Virus record (IMG/VR): IMGVR_UViG_3300018405_000011
DNA from: a virus
Lineage: Duplodnaviria; Caudoviricetes
DNA: 64,000 nt
Direction: 5' to 3' (one strand)
Shown: positions 56,247 to 64,000 of the stretch, piece by piece
Layout: every line of letters starts with the position of its first letter
Position numbering within the stretch: position 1 is the first letter of the stretch
Translations under genes and position numbers: made by a program
Notes under the pieces: model-generated
What the model was told of the DNA's origin: nothing
Database searches by the model: none
What the model saw: only the letters and a program-made list of their open reading frames with translations

Positions 56247-56741
56247 ATGCAGAATACAATCTTTGATATCGCCAACGTAGGTACGATGGTTAAGCTAATT
56301 GAAAAGTATGGCCTAGAGGGGAGGTTTTTACTCGGTAAACCAGACGAGAGCTGGGATGAAACCCTAACTAACCTTTTCGCCGTCCCTATGGGTCCTGGCT
56401 TAAAAGCGTGGATAGTGCCAGTGGCGGCGAATGCGAAAGAACATATGGGGTTGATTGCCCAGTCAACATTATCTCCGGACGGCGTTCATGTAAACATGGA
56501 ATACGAAACGATACATAGTCGTATGCCAGCACACAGCATTAGCTTTAAATATGACTGTCTGGTTGCCATTCAAATCCGTGGGCTCAAGCGTAACCGCCAG
56601 CCTAAATGCATTACGGTAACCTGTACTGAGTCAGACTGGGATGTACGTTTAGATAAAGAACTGTCTAAACTTACACGCGTGATGGACAAACAAGCCCCAC
56701 ATGTGCAGTGGAACCTTATAGACGACCAGGTCACCTTCTAA
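56247..56741 (+). CDS. Hypothetical protein
   Basis: GGAG RBS. Confidence 0.75.
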   Translation: MQNTIFDIANVGTMVKLIEKYGLEGRFLLGKPDESWDETLTNLFAVPMGPGLKAWIVPVAANAKEHMGLIAQSTLSPDGVHVNMEYETIHSRMPAHSISFKYDCLVAIQIRGLKRNRQPKCITVTCTESDWDVRLDKELSKLTRVMDKQAPHVQWNLIDDQVTF

Positions 56742-56756
56742 CACGGGAACAAAGCC

Positions 56757-57086
56757 ATGGGAACAGAATATATGGGTACATGTGTCATTGGAGCAGGTCC
56801 CTCTATCGGGTTATCGTATCGTTCACAAAAGGCCGCCATATTAATGGCAGACTGTCTTTGCCCAGCGATGACTTATCCTTCCATCGATGTATCAGCAGTG
56901 GATGGCTTTCAAAGCGACGACAGCTGGAAGAAAGCACTGGTATCTCGTCCACTGCCAGGTAAATCTGAAGAAGAACACTGGAATGACGAACAAGGTAAAG
57001 AAGTAAATGTGTTTAAACGTCGCCGTAAAGACGTACTGAAAGATCGTAAGGCTAAACGGGACGCGTGTAAGAAACACCGTAAATAA
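56757..57086 (+). CDS. Hypothetical protein with basic tail
   Basis: RKAKRDACKKHRK C-terminus. Confidence 0.65.
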   Translation: MGTEYMGTCVIGAGPSIGLSYRSQKAAILMADCLCPAMTYPSIDVSAVDGFQSDDSWKKALVSRPLPGKSEEEHWNDEQGKEVNVFKRRRKDVLKDRKAKRDACKKHRK

Positions 57087-57096
57087 GGAGGTCGTA

Positions 57097-57555
57097 ATGG
57101 CAAACCCACTAGAAGACATCTTGGTGTCTGCTCGTACGCAGGACCTAACGGTTATCGGAGTCTTTGACAAAGAGTCTGTAGAGTACCAAAGCACCAGTGT
57201 AATACCTAAACAGTCATGGGTTCCTTCGGAAGATAATCCATCTGTTTTACTGTTTCCGCTATGCATTAGAATACCGGGACAAGATGTCATTGCAACGGAA
57301 GTGTTATTGGGCGCAGTCCTCTTACAGTCCACCCTATATAGTGACATTGGTGAGTCTCAGTTAATCGCCACATATGGCTCTCTAAAAGATATTCTTATAA
57401 AGGGGTACCATTCTATCATGAAAAAGGATATCTCTTTAAAATGTAGCTTAGAGGACGATTTAGAGCACATATTAAAAGATATGTCTCGACCTAGGTCAGA
57501 AACACATTTACACGTTACGGTAGAGGAGTTTAATCGACGCTATGATTCCCTTTGA
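57097..57555 (+). CDS. Hypothetical protein
   Basis: AGGAGG RBS. Confidence 0.75.
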   Translation: MANPLEDILVSARTQDLTVIGVFDKESVEYQSTSVIPKQSWVPSEDNPSVLLFPLCIRIPGQDVIATEVLLGAVLLQSTLYSDIGESQLIATYGSLKDILIKGYHSIMKKDISLKCSLEDDLEHILKDMSRPRSETHLHVTVEEFNRRYDSL

Positions 57556-58033
57556 TAGAACAAAAGCAAAGACGCTAGGGCTGACTAAGTTATCCACATG
57601 GACATTGGCTAAGCAGATTGAAACCTTTCCAGTAGGGAAAACCCAACACAGTAGGGATTGTGGATATAATGAAACTTATTACTTGAGATTTATTTCGGCG
57701 AAGTCACTAGAGCTCAATGTATTACCGTCATTAAAGCTACTAAAAGCCATGGGTTATAGTATCCATATTCATATTCTCCCTTACGAGTCATTTTTACCCT
57801 ATATCAAAATGCCGTATGATAGTAGTTCTTTCCTAACGGCGGACTGTGGCTTTTCCAGAGTAGTAAAGAAGCGATCACTAACAGCGAAAGACGTGGTTAC
57901 CATCAGTGGTGCACCAGAGATACTGGTTAATCGCTGGATGGCAGGTAACCCACCTTCACTGTTTTTACAACATTTGACTTCGCTGCAGCGATGTGGCATT
58001 TATGTCAATATACGCTTCCCTACTTTTAAATAA
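57542..58033 (+). CDS. Possible tandem XRE-like HTH protein
   Basis: Two similar halves ending LKAMGYSIHI and LQRCGIYVNI. Confidence 0.5.
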   Translation: MIPFDRTKAKTLGLTKLSTWTLAKQIETFPVGKTQHSRDCGYNETYYLRFISAKSLELNVLPSLKLLKAMGYSIHIHILPYESFLPYIKMPYDSSSFLTADCGFSRVVKKRSLTAKDVVTISGAPEILVNRWMAGNPPSLFLQHLTSLQRCGIYVNIRFPTFK

Positions 58034-58045
58034 GGATAAAGAGCG

Positions 58046-58609
58046 ATGAAACGCATTTTATTACTCAATGACATGGATGGGCTGTGTGCCGACTGGCGTG
58101 GCTATGTCCTGGATAAGCACTTCCCTGGGCAAACCATCGAGTGGCTTAATCACCATGAGCGGCGACTAGAATTACTTACAGAGGTGTATCACAAAGACCC
58201 AGAGCTCTTTATGAACCTACCTGTTCTAGACGGGTTTATGTCCTATTGGCATAAACTTCAAAAAGAATACGGCGACTATGTTGAGTTTGGCTGGCTAACG
58301 GCAGACGGCGGATATCATCCTAGTCCGGCCGATGTCTTTAATCATAAATATGAATGGTTAAGGGCTTCGATTCCTTTAGCGCACAGCGATGGCGTATTTG
58401 GTCTTGTCGAGCAAAGCTCAGAAAAACCAGAGGCTTTGAGTGAGTATTTAGATGACTATGACCACGTCATCCTAGTGGATGATTTTAAACGCACGATAGA
58501 TGCCGTTAAAGCACTAAACCATGACCAACTCCATGGCGTGTGGTTTAACGATAACTGGAATCTTTTACAGATGCAGATTCGCTCGCTGGTATCCCATCTG
58601 CTCCCTTAG
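58046..58609 (+). CDS. HAD 5'(3')-deoxyribonucleotidase-like protein
   Basis: LNDMDGLCADW, FMNLPVLDG, KYEWL, ILVDDF. Confidence 0.8.
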   Translation: MKRILLLNDMDGLCADWRGYVLDKHFPGQTIEWLNHHERRLELLTEVYHKDPELFMNLPVLDGFMSYWHKLQKEYGDYVEFGWLTADGGYHPSPADVFNHKYEWLRASIPLAHSDGVFGLVEQSSEKPEALSEYLDDYDHVILVDDFKRTIDAVKALNHDQLHGVWFNDNWNLLQMQIRSLVSHLLP

Positions 58610-58676
58610 TAGAATTAAACCTTTAGCAAAAATGGTATAATCCATATTCCCTCACTATAAACAAGGAACATTTGAC

Positions 58677-59606
58677 ATGTCTGAAGTACAAGCAACGAAC
58701 AATGCCATCGATGATATCCATGCTGTCACGCTGGGACACTCGGTCAATGAACGCATATTGAACGTTTTAGGAATGAATCCACATTACATCGAAATCTTAA
58801 AACACAATAATATCATTCCGTGTACCGTAAAGCAATTCGTGACACTGGAAGGGAGTTGGGTAAAAGAAATCGTTGAAGCCGTAAAACTCTTACTATGGAA
58901 CGAGAACGGTGAACCACTTTGTGCCCATGCGCAGTTTGGTAACGAGTTCTTCCATTATGACGATGAGTCTGGCCATACCTTCGTCGGTTTTACAAACCTA
59001 GGCGAACAGAGCGTTCATAGTACATACCGCATGTCTGACGGGCGAGTCATTCGTCAGGCCATTGTAGAAACCGAGACGGGTAAGGTATTAAACGTACTTA
59101 ACGAATGTAAGTACAAAGATGACCTACTGAAAGAAATCATTACTCCTGTAATGGTTCCTGCAAGCGATCAACAGAGTTATGTCGACACGGGCAACGTTAA
59201 TATTGAGCGTTTCCTATTTAAAGACGGTTTCTGTGTTGAAGAAGTCCATGCATCGGTGCAACGCGATAAGAAGGGGCGCATCCCAGCTTTAACCCGTGAT
59301 ATGTTTTCTACTAAAATCTATCATGAATACGAAGACGGTAAATGTGTTCGTTCAAAACTGCCAGATGTATTTGGTAAGATGTCCATCGTAAACTTCGAAT
59401 GGGATGCTCAAGGGAATTTGGTGAAGCAGTCTCAGGACGGTGCATTAGTCGCATTGATTACAAATGCCTACGATAGCGAAGGTCGCTTATTATCCATGAC
59501 ACGTCATGAGCAAGCTGGTGTGACAATGACAAATACCAATGGTCGCTACGAGCGCTCTACGGAAGATAAAGACGTTGTATTAATTGATCTAGCGAAGTAT
59601 TACTAA
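58677..59606 (+). CDS. YD-like repeat protein
   Basis: HEYEDGKCV, EWDAQGNLV, AYDSEGRLL. Confidence 0.7.
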   Translation: MSEVQATNNAIDDIHAVTLGHSVNERILNVLGMNPHYIEILKHNNIIPCTVKQFVTLEGSWVKEIVEAVKLLLWNENGEPLCAHAQFGNEFFHYDDESGHTFVGFTNLGEQSVHSTYRMSDGRVIRQAIVETETGKVLNVLNECKYKDDLLKEIITPVMVPASDQQSYVDTGNVNIERFLFKDGFCVEEVHASVQRDKKGRIPALTRDMFSTKIYHEYEDGKCVRSKLPDVFGKMSIVNFEWDAQGNLVKQSQDGALVALITNAYDSEGRLLSMTRHEQAGVTMTNTNGRYERSTEDKDVVLIDLAKYY

Positions 59607-59632
59607 GGTAAAGTGTGTTTCAAGAAAAAGTG

Positions 59633-59645
59633 AAACCTATATTAC
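59633..59645 (+). promoter_or_regulatory. Early promoter motif
   Basis: AAACCTATATTAC. Confidence 0.8.
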
Positions 59646-59762
59646 TTTATTGATATTAACGTGAAGAATCAATGAAATCACTTTGTTAATACGTTAACTG
59701 CGACGGTGCCTCTATGGTATCGTCGCATCTCTTCTTTTTATTTTTCTGAAAGGAATTTCATA

Positions 59763-60017
59763 ATGTCAGTAGCTACTCTTATCACAACCGAAAACCTTAA
59801 CAACATCTGGACTTTAGTTGAAGAGGGTAAAATAAAAACGGCGATGTTGGAAGGTGTTGAACTTACACTCGTCACAGACTGCTTCTATACACGCAATGGG
59901 AGCAACGAAGATGTCCCGCACACCCTACTCTATGGCCACAGCTATGATGAGAAAGGAGAAGTCAGTGATGTCTTCCCTCAAGACGAATTACTCGGCCATG
60001 CCACTGTTGAACTTTGA
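59763..60017 (+). CDS. Hypothetical protein
   Basis: AAGGA RBS, start moved to 59763. Confidence 0.7.
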   Translation: MSVATLITTENLNNIWTLVEEGKIKTAMLEGVELTLVTDCFYTRNGSNEDVPHTLLYGHSYDEKGEVSDVFPQDELLGHATVEL

Positions 60018-60025
60018 TCATTAAT

Positions 60026-60065
60026 GATAAAGCATTCTCTTAACAGGGAATGCTTTATCTTTTTA
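60026..60065 (+). terminator. Intrinsic terminator
   Basis: GATAAAGCATTCTCT/AGGGAATGCTTTATC then T-run. Confidence 0.75.
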
Positions 60066-60091
60066 CCGTTTTCACGATAAGGAATAGAGTT

Positions 60092-60475
60092 ATGGGAAAC
60101 GTATTTAAATTCATTCCGGGACACGGAGAACTACGAAGTCAACCTCCCGTTTTAGCCGATGCCCCCATTGCGGCATTTGCTGAAGGCGTACCTACCTGTG
60201 CAAAAAACTGTAAAGTTAAAATCTTTAAACTCGCCTTAGTCAAAAATAAGCGACAACTCTATCACTACCATGATGAACTGGTGCTTAGCGAACCTAAGCT
60301 TGACCGTAAGACCGTAGAGCGAGAACTTATGGATGTCATACGTGGACTACTTAACCGCAGTCGATTTACGAAGTGGCAAACCTTAGATATTCGCTATGAC
60401 GGTCGCTACGCGGCTACTTCTTATTCTACCATTACTGTCACTGTAGATGGTAATGTGACTACTTTCTTAATTTAA
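60092..60475 (+). CDS. Hypothetical protein
   Basis: AAGGA RBS, start moved to 60092. Confidence 0.65.
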   Translation: MGNVFKFIPGHGELRSQPPVLADAPIAAFAEGVPTCAKNCKVKIFKLALVKNKRQLYHYHDELVLSEPKLDRKTVERELMDVIRGLLNRSRFTKWQTLDIRYDGRYAATSYSTITVTVDGNVTTFLI

Positions 60476-60492
60476 AACACGAGGACTTCACT

Positions 60493-60618
60493 ATGTCTAA
60501 ATCAACTATCGTTGTTATTCTAATCACTGTACTGGTTACCACGTTAGCTTTCGCTAATGGTGGTGGCTCGACTAACGTAACTACGCAAGAACAACGCGTA
60601 TTACAAGACCTATACTAA
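60493..60618 (+). CDS. 41-aa signal-peptide-bearing micro-protein, not in ORF track
   Basis: GAGGA RBS; MSKSTIVVILITVLVTTLAFANGGGSTNVTTQEQRVLQDLY. Confidence 0.65.
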   Translation: MSKSTIVVILITVLVTTLAFANGGGSTNVTTQEQRVLQDLY

Positions 60619-60634
60619 GAAAGGAAATTGACGA

Positions 60635-61117
60635 ATGAAAAACATTGATGTTTTAGATGCCATTATCTTTATAATCATTCATAAGTATCCTGGGGCTGCA
60701 CCGGTTTCGTTTATTGGTGACGAAGTTATTCGTGTATGCCCTAAAGGTTGCTATCATCGAGTCGACGTTGAAACCTGCCTTAAGGAAAATAAAGGTAATC
60801 TTTGGAACGTGGGTGCCAAACCATGGTCCTATGACGTTGAGTATGGTCTAGATGACGAGCGCTTAGCTGGCTTAGCGAATGCCTTAGACGTAGGCATGAT
60901 TATTGCTTTAGATGCCCATGCCATCACATGGGCCAAAGTAAGGCTTTTAACGGCTAACATTAACGACTGCGTGTCTCTTAGTCCTCAGCGTAAACCTACT
61001 ACGACCACAAGTTTAGTAGAGTATTATACGGGGCTAATCTCAACGCTGGTTAGTTGGGATGCCAAACAGGCAGTTGACATTAGAATAAATGATGTTAGAA
61101 ATCGACTTCCTGGATAA
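60635..61117 (+). CDS. Hypothetical protein
   Basis: AAAGGA RBS. Confidence 0.7.
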   Translation: MKNIDVLDAIIFIIIHKYPGAAPVSFIGDEVIRVCPKGCYHRVDVETCLKENKGNLWNVGAKPWSYDVEYGLDDERLAGLANALDVGMIIALDAHAITWAKVRLLTANINDCVSLSPQRKPTTTTSLVEYYTGLISTLVSWDAKQAVDIRINDVRNRLPG

Positions 61118-61128
61118 GGGTGAGAAAG

Positions 61129-61159
61129 ATAGAGGATAGGCATTACGCCTATCCTCTAT
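61129..61159. terminator. Bidirectional terminator
   Basis: 13-bp stem between convergent genes. Confidence 0.85.
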
Positions 61160-61185
61160 TAACTTATACTGTTTTTTTTTTCGAT

Positions 61186-61599
61186 CTAAATAGACGCTAA
61201 CGGAACTAACATGCCTGCATCCGATGATGGCGCTGTAGACTGAACTTCATCATAGATTTTACTGATGAGTAAGCCTTCAGCATTAGGAATGCTTTCATAG
61301 ATAAAGTACAGGGCTTGAATGGTTTCCGTAGTCACCACATCGCTGTCTTTATCGCAGAAAATGTTAGTAGGTGAAAGCTCTAATAAAAAGTTATCTATTT
61401 CTAAATTTAAAAATAGACAAGCGTCTTCCCCAGATGAATGTACGCGTAGATAAGCCATTGCTGTCGCCAGCGGAATAGACAACTTACCCAACCACTCTAA
61501 GCCTATGTCGTTTTGCCCCGTAAGGGCATACGACGCAGCTATACTTTGACCGTGTGCATTTCCATGAAATATATTATTATAAACAGTCGTTGAAATCAT
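61186..61599 (-). CDS. Hypothetical protein
   Basis: GAGG RBS. Confidence 0.7.
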   Translation of the reverse strand: MISTTVYNNIFHGNAHGQSIAASYALTGQNDIGLEWLGKLSIPLATAMAYLRVHSSGEDACLFLNLEIDNFLLELSPTNIFCDKDSDVVTTETIQALYFIYESIPNAEGLLISKIYDEVQSTAPSSDAGMLVPLASI

Positions 61600-61685
61600 A
61601 GTACGAGTACCTCTGACGTGTTAGGATTGGTCACATTAGGGATATGTCCTTTCCTTTTAAAACAAACTTACATAAACACATTAAC

Positions 61686-62171
61686 TCATCGTACTGTAAT
61701 TGCTCCCTGTGCTGTCGCGAGCACATAGGTATCTGTCATTAACCGTAGTTGCCCCGGTGTGATTAAGGTATGGCGTTTAATCGTAAAGCCTACTCCGATT
61801 TCAAACACGGTACGTGCGGTTTCTGAACAGAAATACGCCCCGTTAGACTGATAGGATTTAGCCACAATAAAACCGACTATGCCTTTCCAGTCATATTTCG
61901 TCCCTAAGATAGACTCCGCCCAAGCTCGTGCTGCGAGGTAGCGCTCCTCGGTCACATAAACTTCGGTGGTGTGCTTAGGGGCATGGGGTTGCTCAGCTAA
62001 CGTCTCCTTTACCGTGCCGTGGGTCATGGTACTGTGGATTAATGCCCCATCTTCAAACTCGACTGCACAATGTGAAAAAGCAGTTGATAAACGGGCTTTA
62101 ATAATCCAGCTTCCAATCGTACGGTTATCAAAGTAATGAAAGCGCAGCTTACGTAATGGCGTTGCACTCAT
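61686..62171 (-). CDS. Permuted papain-like NlpC/P60 (YaeF/YiiX-type) enzyme
   Basis: FSHCAVEF (His), KYDWKGIV, YFCSE (Cys); start moved to 62171. Confidence 0.8.
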   Translation of the reverse strand: MSATPLRKLRFHYFDNRTIGSWIIKARLSTAFSHCAVEFEDGALIHSTMTHGTVKETLAEQPHAPKHTTEVYVTEERYLAARAWAESILGTKYDWKGIVGFIVAKSYQSNGAYFCSETARTVFEIGVGFTIKRHTLITPGQLRLMTDTYVLATAQGAITVR

Positions 62172-62191
62172 GGATAGTTCCTTATGGGTAA

Positions 62192-63181
62192 TTAAAGAAC
62201 ATGATGCCATTTGGTTTTCACCGTGGCATCGGCGGGTGTATAGACTTGCAAGGCGATGTCAGAACCGTCTCGTATAGCCTGTACCTGGAACTCAGTGGTA
62301 TCGGTTCCTATCATGCCCTGTGTGGCTACGGCTATGTCACCGCCTGCTACCCAGGTTAGATAGAACGTTGTATGGGTCGCCCCATTGGTGTCCACTGATA
62401 GTATTGTGCCGTGGGCGGAGTTGCCTACGGACTCGTCCCAGCTCGCCACTGTGGTCCATGTATTAGACGTGACCGTGTGTGTAGAATCTGGTATTGCAGG
62501 ATGGTTTTTAATCCGTTCCTGTAGTTGGTTCAGTAAAGTCGTTGAACCAATATTTAAAGAGATGCGGTTAATCGCATTTTGCATCTGTGCCTGAACACGT
62601 AAGATGCCATCGATTTGCTCTAAAATGTTTTGGTTAGTACCTAACATTGGCTTAGAGTTTACTAGGGCATTGGTAACATCATCTAAAGCCTGAGTTAAGG
62701 CTTCTAGTCCAGTAAAGATAGACAATGGATGTGAGTGTAGCTCAGGTGGAAATCGCTGAGGTTTACCGATGATATTTGCCCATGGAATCGACGGGTTATC
62801 GGAAGCGCTATTAATGGCTTCGATTAAGTCGAGTATCAATGAGTTAGCATAGCCTTCTGGACCACCAACACATTGATAGGTAATATTGATACTGCCAATA
62901 AAGGTCGTGCTGGTGAGCTGAATGGCGCCTGCAACTTCTTTACCGGCGGCAGCCGTTAAGTAAGGTTCTAGTGACTGGAACGTGTAGTCTACGCCTTTCG
63001 TCAAAATGAGTCCAGTGGTTAAATCTTGAACAACAATAGACTCCGTATAGAAAGCACCTTCTTTTAAAGGAATTGGGACGAGTCTAGGTGTCGTAAAGGT
63101 ATGGACTTCATTCGCGATTAAGTTAGAAGCAGAGGTACCTGTCTTATCATACTGGTACTTAAAAAGAGTGAGTAAGTTCAT
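62192..63181 (-). CDS. phiKZ-like virion tail/baseplate protein
   Basis: YQYDKTGTSASNLIANEVH, GAFY, YQCVGG, WANIIGKPQRFPPELHSH; start moved to 63181. Confidence 0.7.
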   Translation of the reverse strand: MNLLTLFKYQYDKTGTSASNLIANEVHTFTTPRLVPIPLKEGAFYTESIVVQDLTTGLILTKGVDYTFQSLEPYLTAAAGKEVAGAIQLTSTTFIGSINITYQCVGGPEGYANSLILDLIEAINSASDNPSIPWANIIGKPQRFPPELHSHPLSIFTGLEALTQALDDVTNALVNSKPMLGTNQNILEQIDGILRVQAQMQNAINRISLNIGSTTLLNQLQERIKNHPAIPDSTHTVTSNTWTTVASWDESVGNSAHGTILSVDTNGATHTTFYLTWVAGGDIAVATQGMIGTDTTEFQVQAIRDGSDIALQVYTPADATVKTKWHHVL

Positions 63182-63245
63182 GGCACGCGTGCCTCCGTAA
63201 AGGGAATATAGGGTGAGTAACACTATTGGATTTGTCAGTAATAAA

Positions 63246-63277
63246 TAGACTCTACCGCCCGAAGACAGTAGAGTCTA
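63246..63277 (-). terminator. Hairpin/terminator
   Basis: TAGACTCTAC/GTAGAGTCTA. Confidence 0.6.
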
Positions 63278-63286
63278 GTTTAGATT

Positions 63287-63994
63287 TTAATGTTCCGCAT
63301 AGTCGGAGTTGTAATCTGGGTCGTAGTGTTCGCTAATATCAAAATCAGCAATGGCTTGTGCTGTGGTTAAAGAGGCAATGTGTAGTGCCACGGCTTGCTC
63401 TTTCCCAAAACACTCTTGGTTAACGTAATGCATCATAGCGTCACTGAAGTGCGTAAAACCTACAGCACCATCTGCAGTAGTCACCCCTTTAGACTCGACG
63501 TCTAAGACTACGTACTCAGCAGGGCCTACTTTATACGAATAGATAAAGGTAGAAGGAATCTTACCTTTATCGTACTGGGTCTGGATGACCATTACATCGC
63601 CATTAGCATCTCGGTCAGAGATAATGCGGTGACCTTTATAGATGAAGCCTAATTCAATCGCTTCGATTCGTGTCTTCTTAAGCTCTTCCAGTTTCACTAG
63701 CTTTAATTCCTCTACAGGAATTAACTCGTAGTTTTGCTGGGTGACTTGAGTACGAGTAGACTCATCGCGGAAGACTTCTGACGTAGAAGGACGCTGATAG
63801 CTGTCTGGATAGTCCAGTTTATTATCGCGGTTCTCGTTGACGAAGGCGATTTGTTCAGCGTCTTCAGCGTCTTTAACACCCCACTGGTACCAAAAACGGT
63901 GACCACGTGGGACGTTAGAGCCTTTGTTTTCGCCTTCGACGACAATAACGTCAGACAACAAGTCTGTGGTAAGGTATTGAAATTTTCTTGACAT
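63287..63994 (-). CDS. Tail fibre assembly / DUF4376-like protein
   Basis: KLEELKKTRIEAIELGFIYKGHRIISDRDA; A...AQAIADFD tail. Confidence 0.55.
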   Translation of the reverse strand: MSRKFQYLTTDLLSDVIVVEGENKGSNVPRGHRFWYQWGVKDAEDAEQIAFVNENRDNKLDYPDSYQRPSTSEVFRDESTRTQVTQQNYELIPVEELKLVKLEELKKTRIEAIELGFIYKGHRIISDRDANGDVMVIQTQYDKGKIPSTFIYSYKVGPAEYVVLDVESKGVTTADGAVGFTHFSDAMMHYVNQECFGKEQAVALHIASLTTAQAIADFDISEHYDPDYNSDYAEH

Positions 63995-64000
63995 GAGTAA

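Noticed and set aside
48641-59606. Rhs/YD polymorphic toxin system
   Set aside because: Proteins are short and lack the Rhs core terminus, PAAR/VgrG link and toxin-immunity pairing
3159-63277. Hairpins as a CRISPR array or insertion sequence ends
   Set aside because: Not regularly spaced, mostly different sequences, located at gene ends with T-runs; no cas or transposase genes seen
1015-63945. Many short ORFs in the track nested in or antisense to longer genes (e.g. 1015, 2467, 9671, 17475, 22306, 55460, 56892, 63721)
   Set aside because: Fully overlapped by genes with RBS, motifs and operon context; no independent support
1-64000. tRNA, rRNA, large ncRNA, group I/II introns, DGR or retron
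   Set aside because: No intergenic gap above about 200 nt, no cloverleaf or T-loop in non-coding DNA, no reverse transcriptase motifs; a tRNAscan/Infernal run would be needed to exclude them fully

Overview
A 64 kb segment of a phiKZ-like (nucleus-forming-type) jumbo phage genome, densely coded in the standard genetic code. The lineage call rests on a phiKZ gp128/gp129-like structural/portal pair at the left end, six copies of an AAACCTATATTAC motif (phiKZ early promoters carry TATATTAC), S-M-E prohead-protease motifs in several proteins, and phiKZ-type tail genes at the right end. Most of the window is accessory genes. These cover lysis (SleB-like hydrolase, GH19 endolysin, holin-like protein), nucleotide metabolism (Tmk, tandem ThyX, 5'-nucleotidase, MazG-like), RNA repair/modification (HAD phosphatase, PNK-like kinase, RlmN-like radical SAM) and counter-defence candidates (NADAR, SLOG, kinase-like). 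The strongest candidate for an undescribed system is a dispersed phage proteolysis toolkit: two HslV/proteasome-beta-like Thr proteases with intact catalytic motifs flanking a degenerate copy and a small Cys-His-Asp protein, an HslU-like AAA+ fragment, an SspB adaptor with its ClpX-binding tail, and a BCS1-like AAA ATPase. Other notable items are an RlmN-like enzyme lacking the resolving cysteine, three apparent single-base frameshifts, a near-identical hairpin pair bracketing a head-protein gene, and an unannotated signal-peptide micro-ORF. All family calls come from motif recognition by eye; no searches were run. I found no tRNA, rRNA, CRISPR array, reverse transcriptase or integrase.
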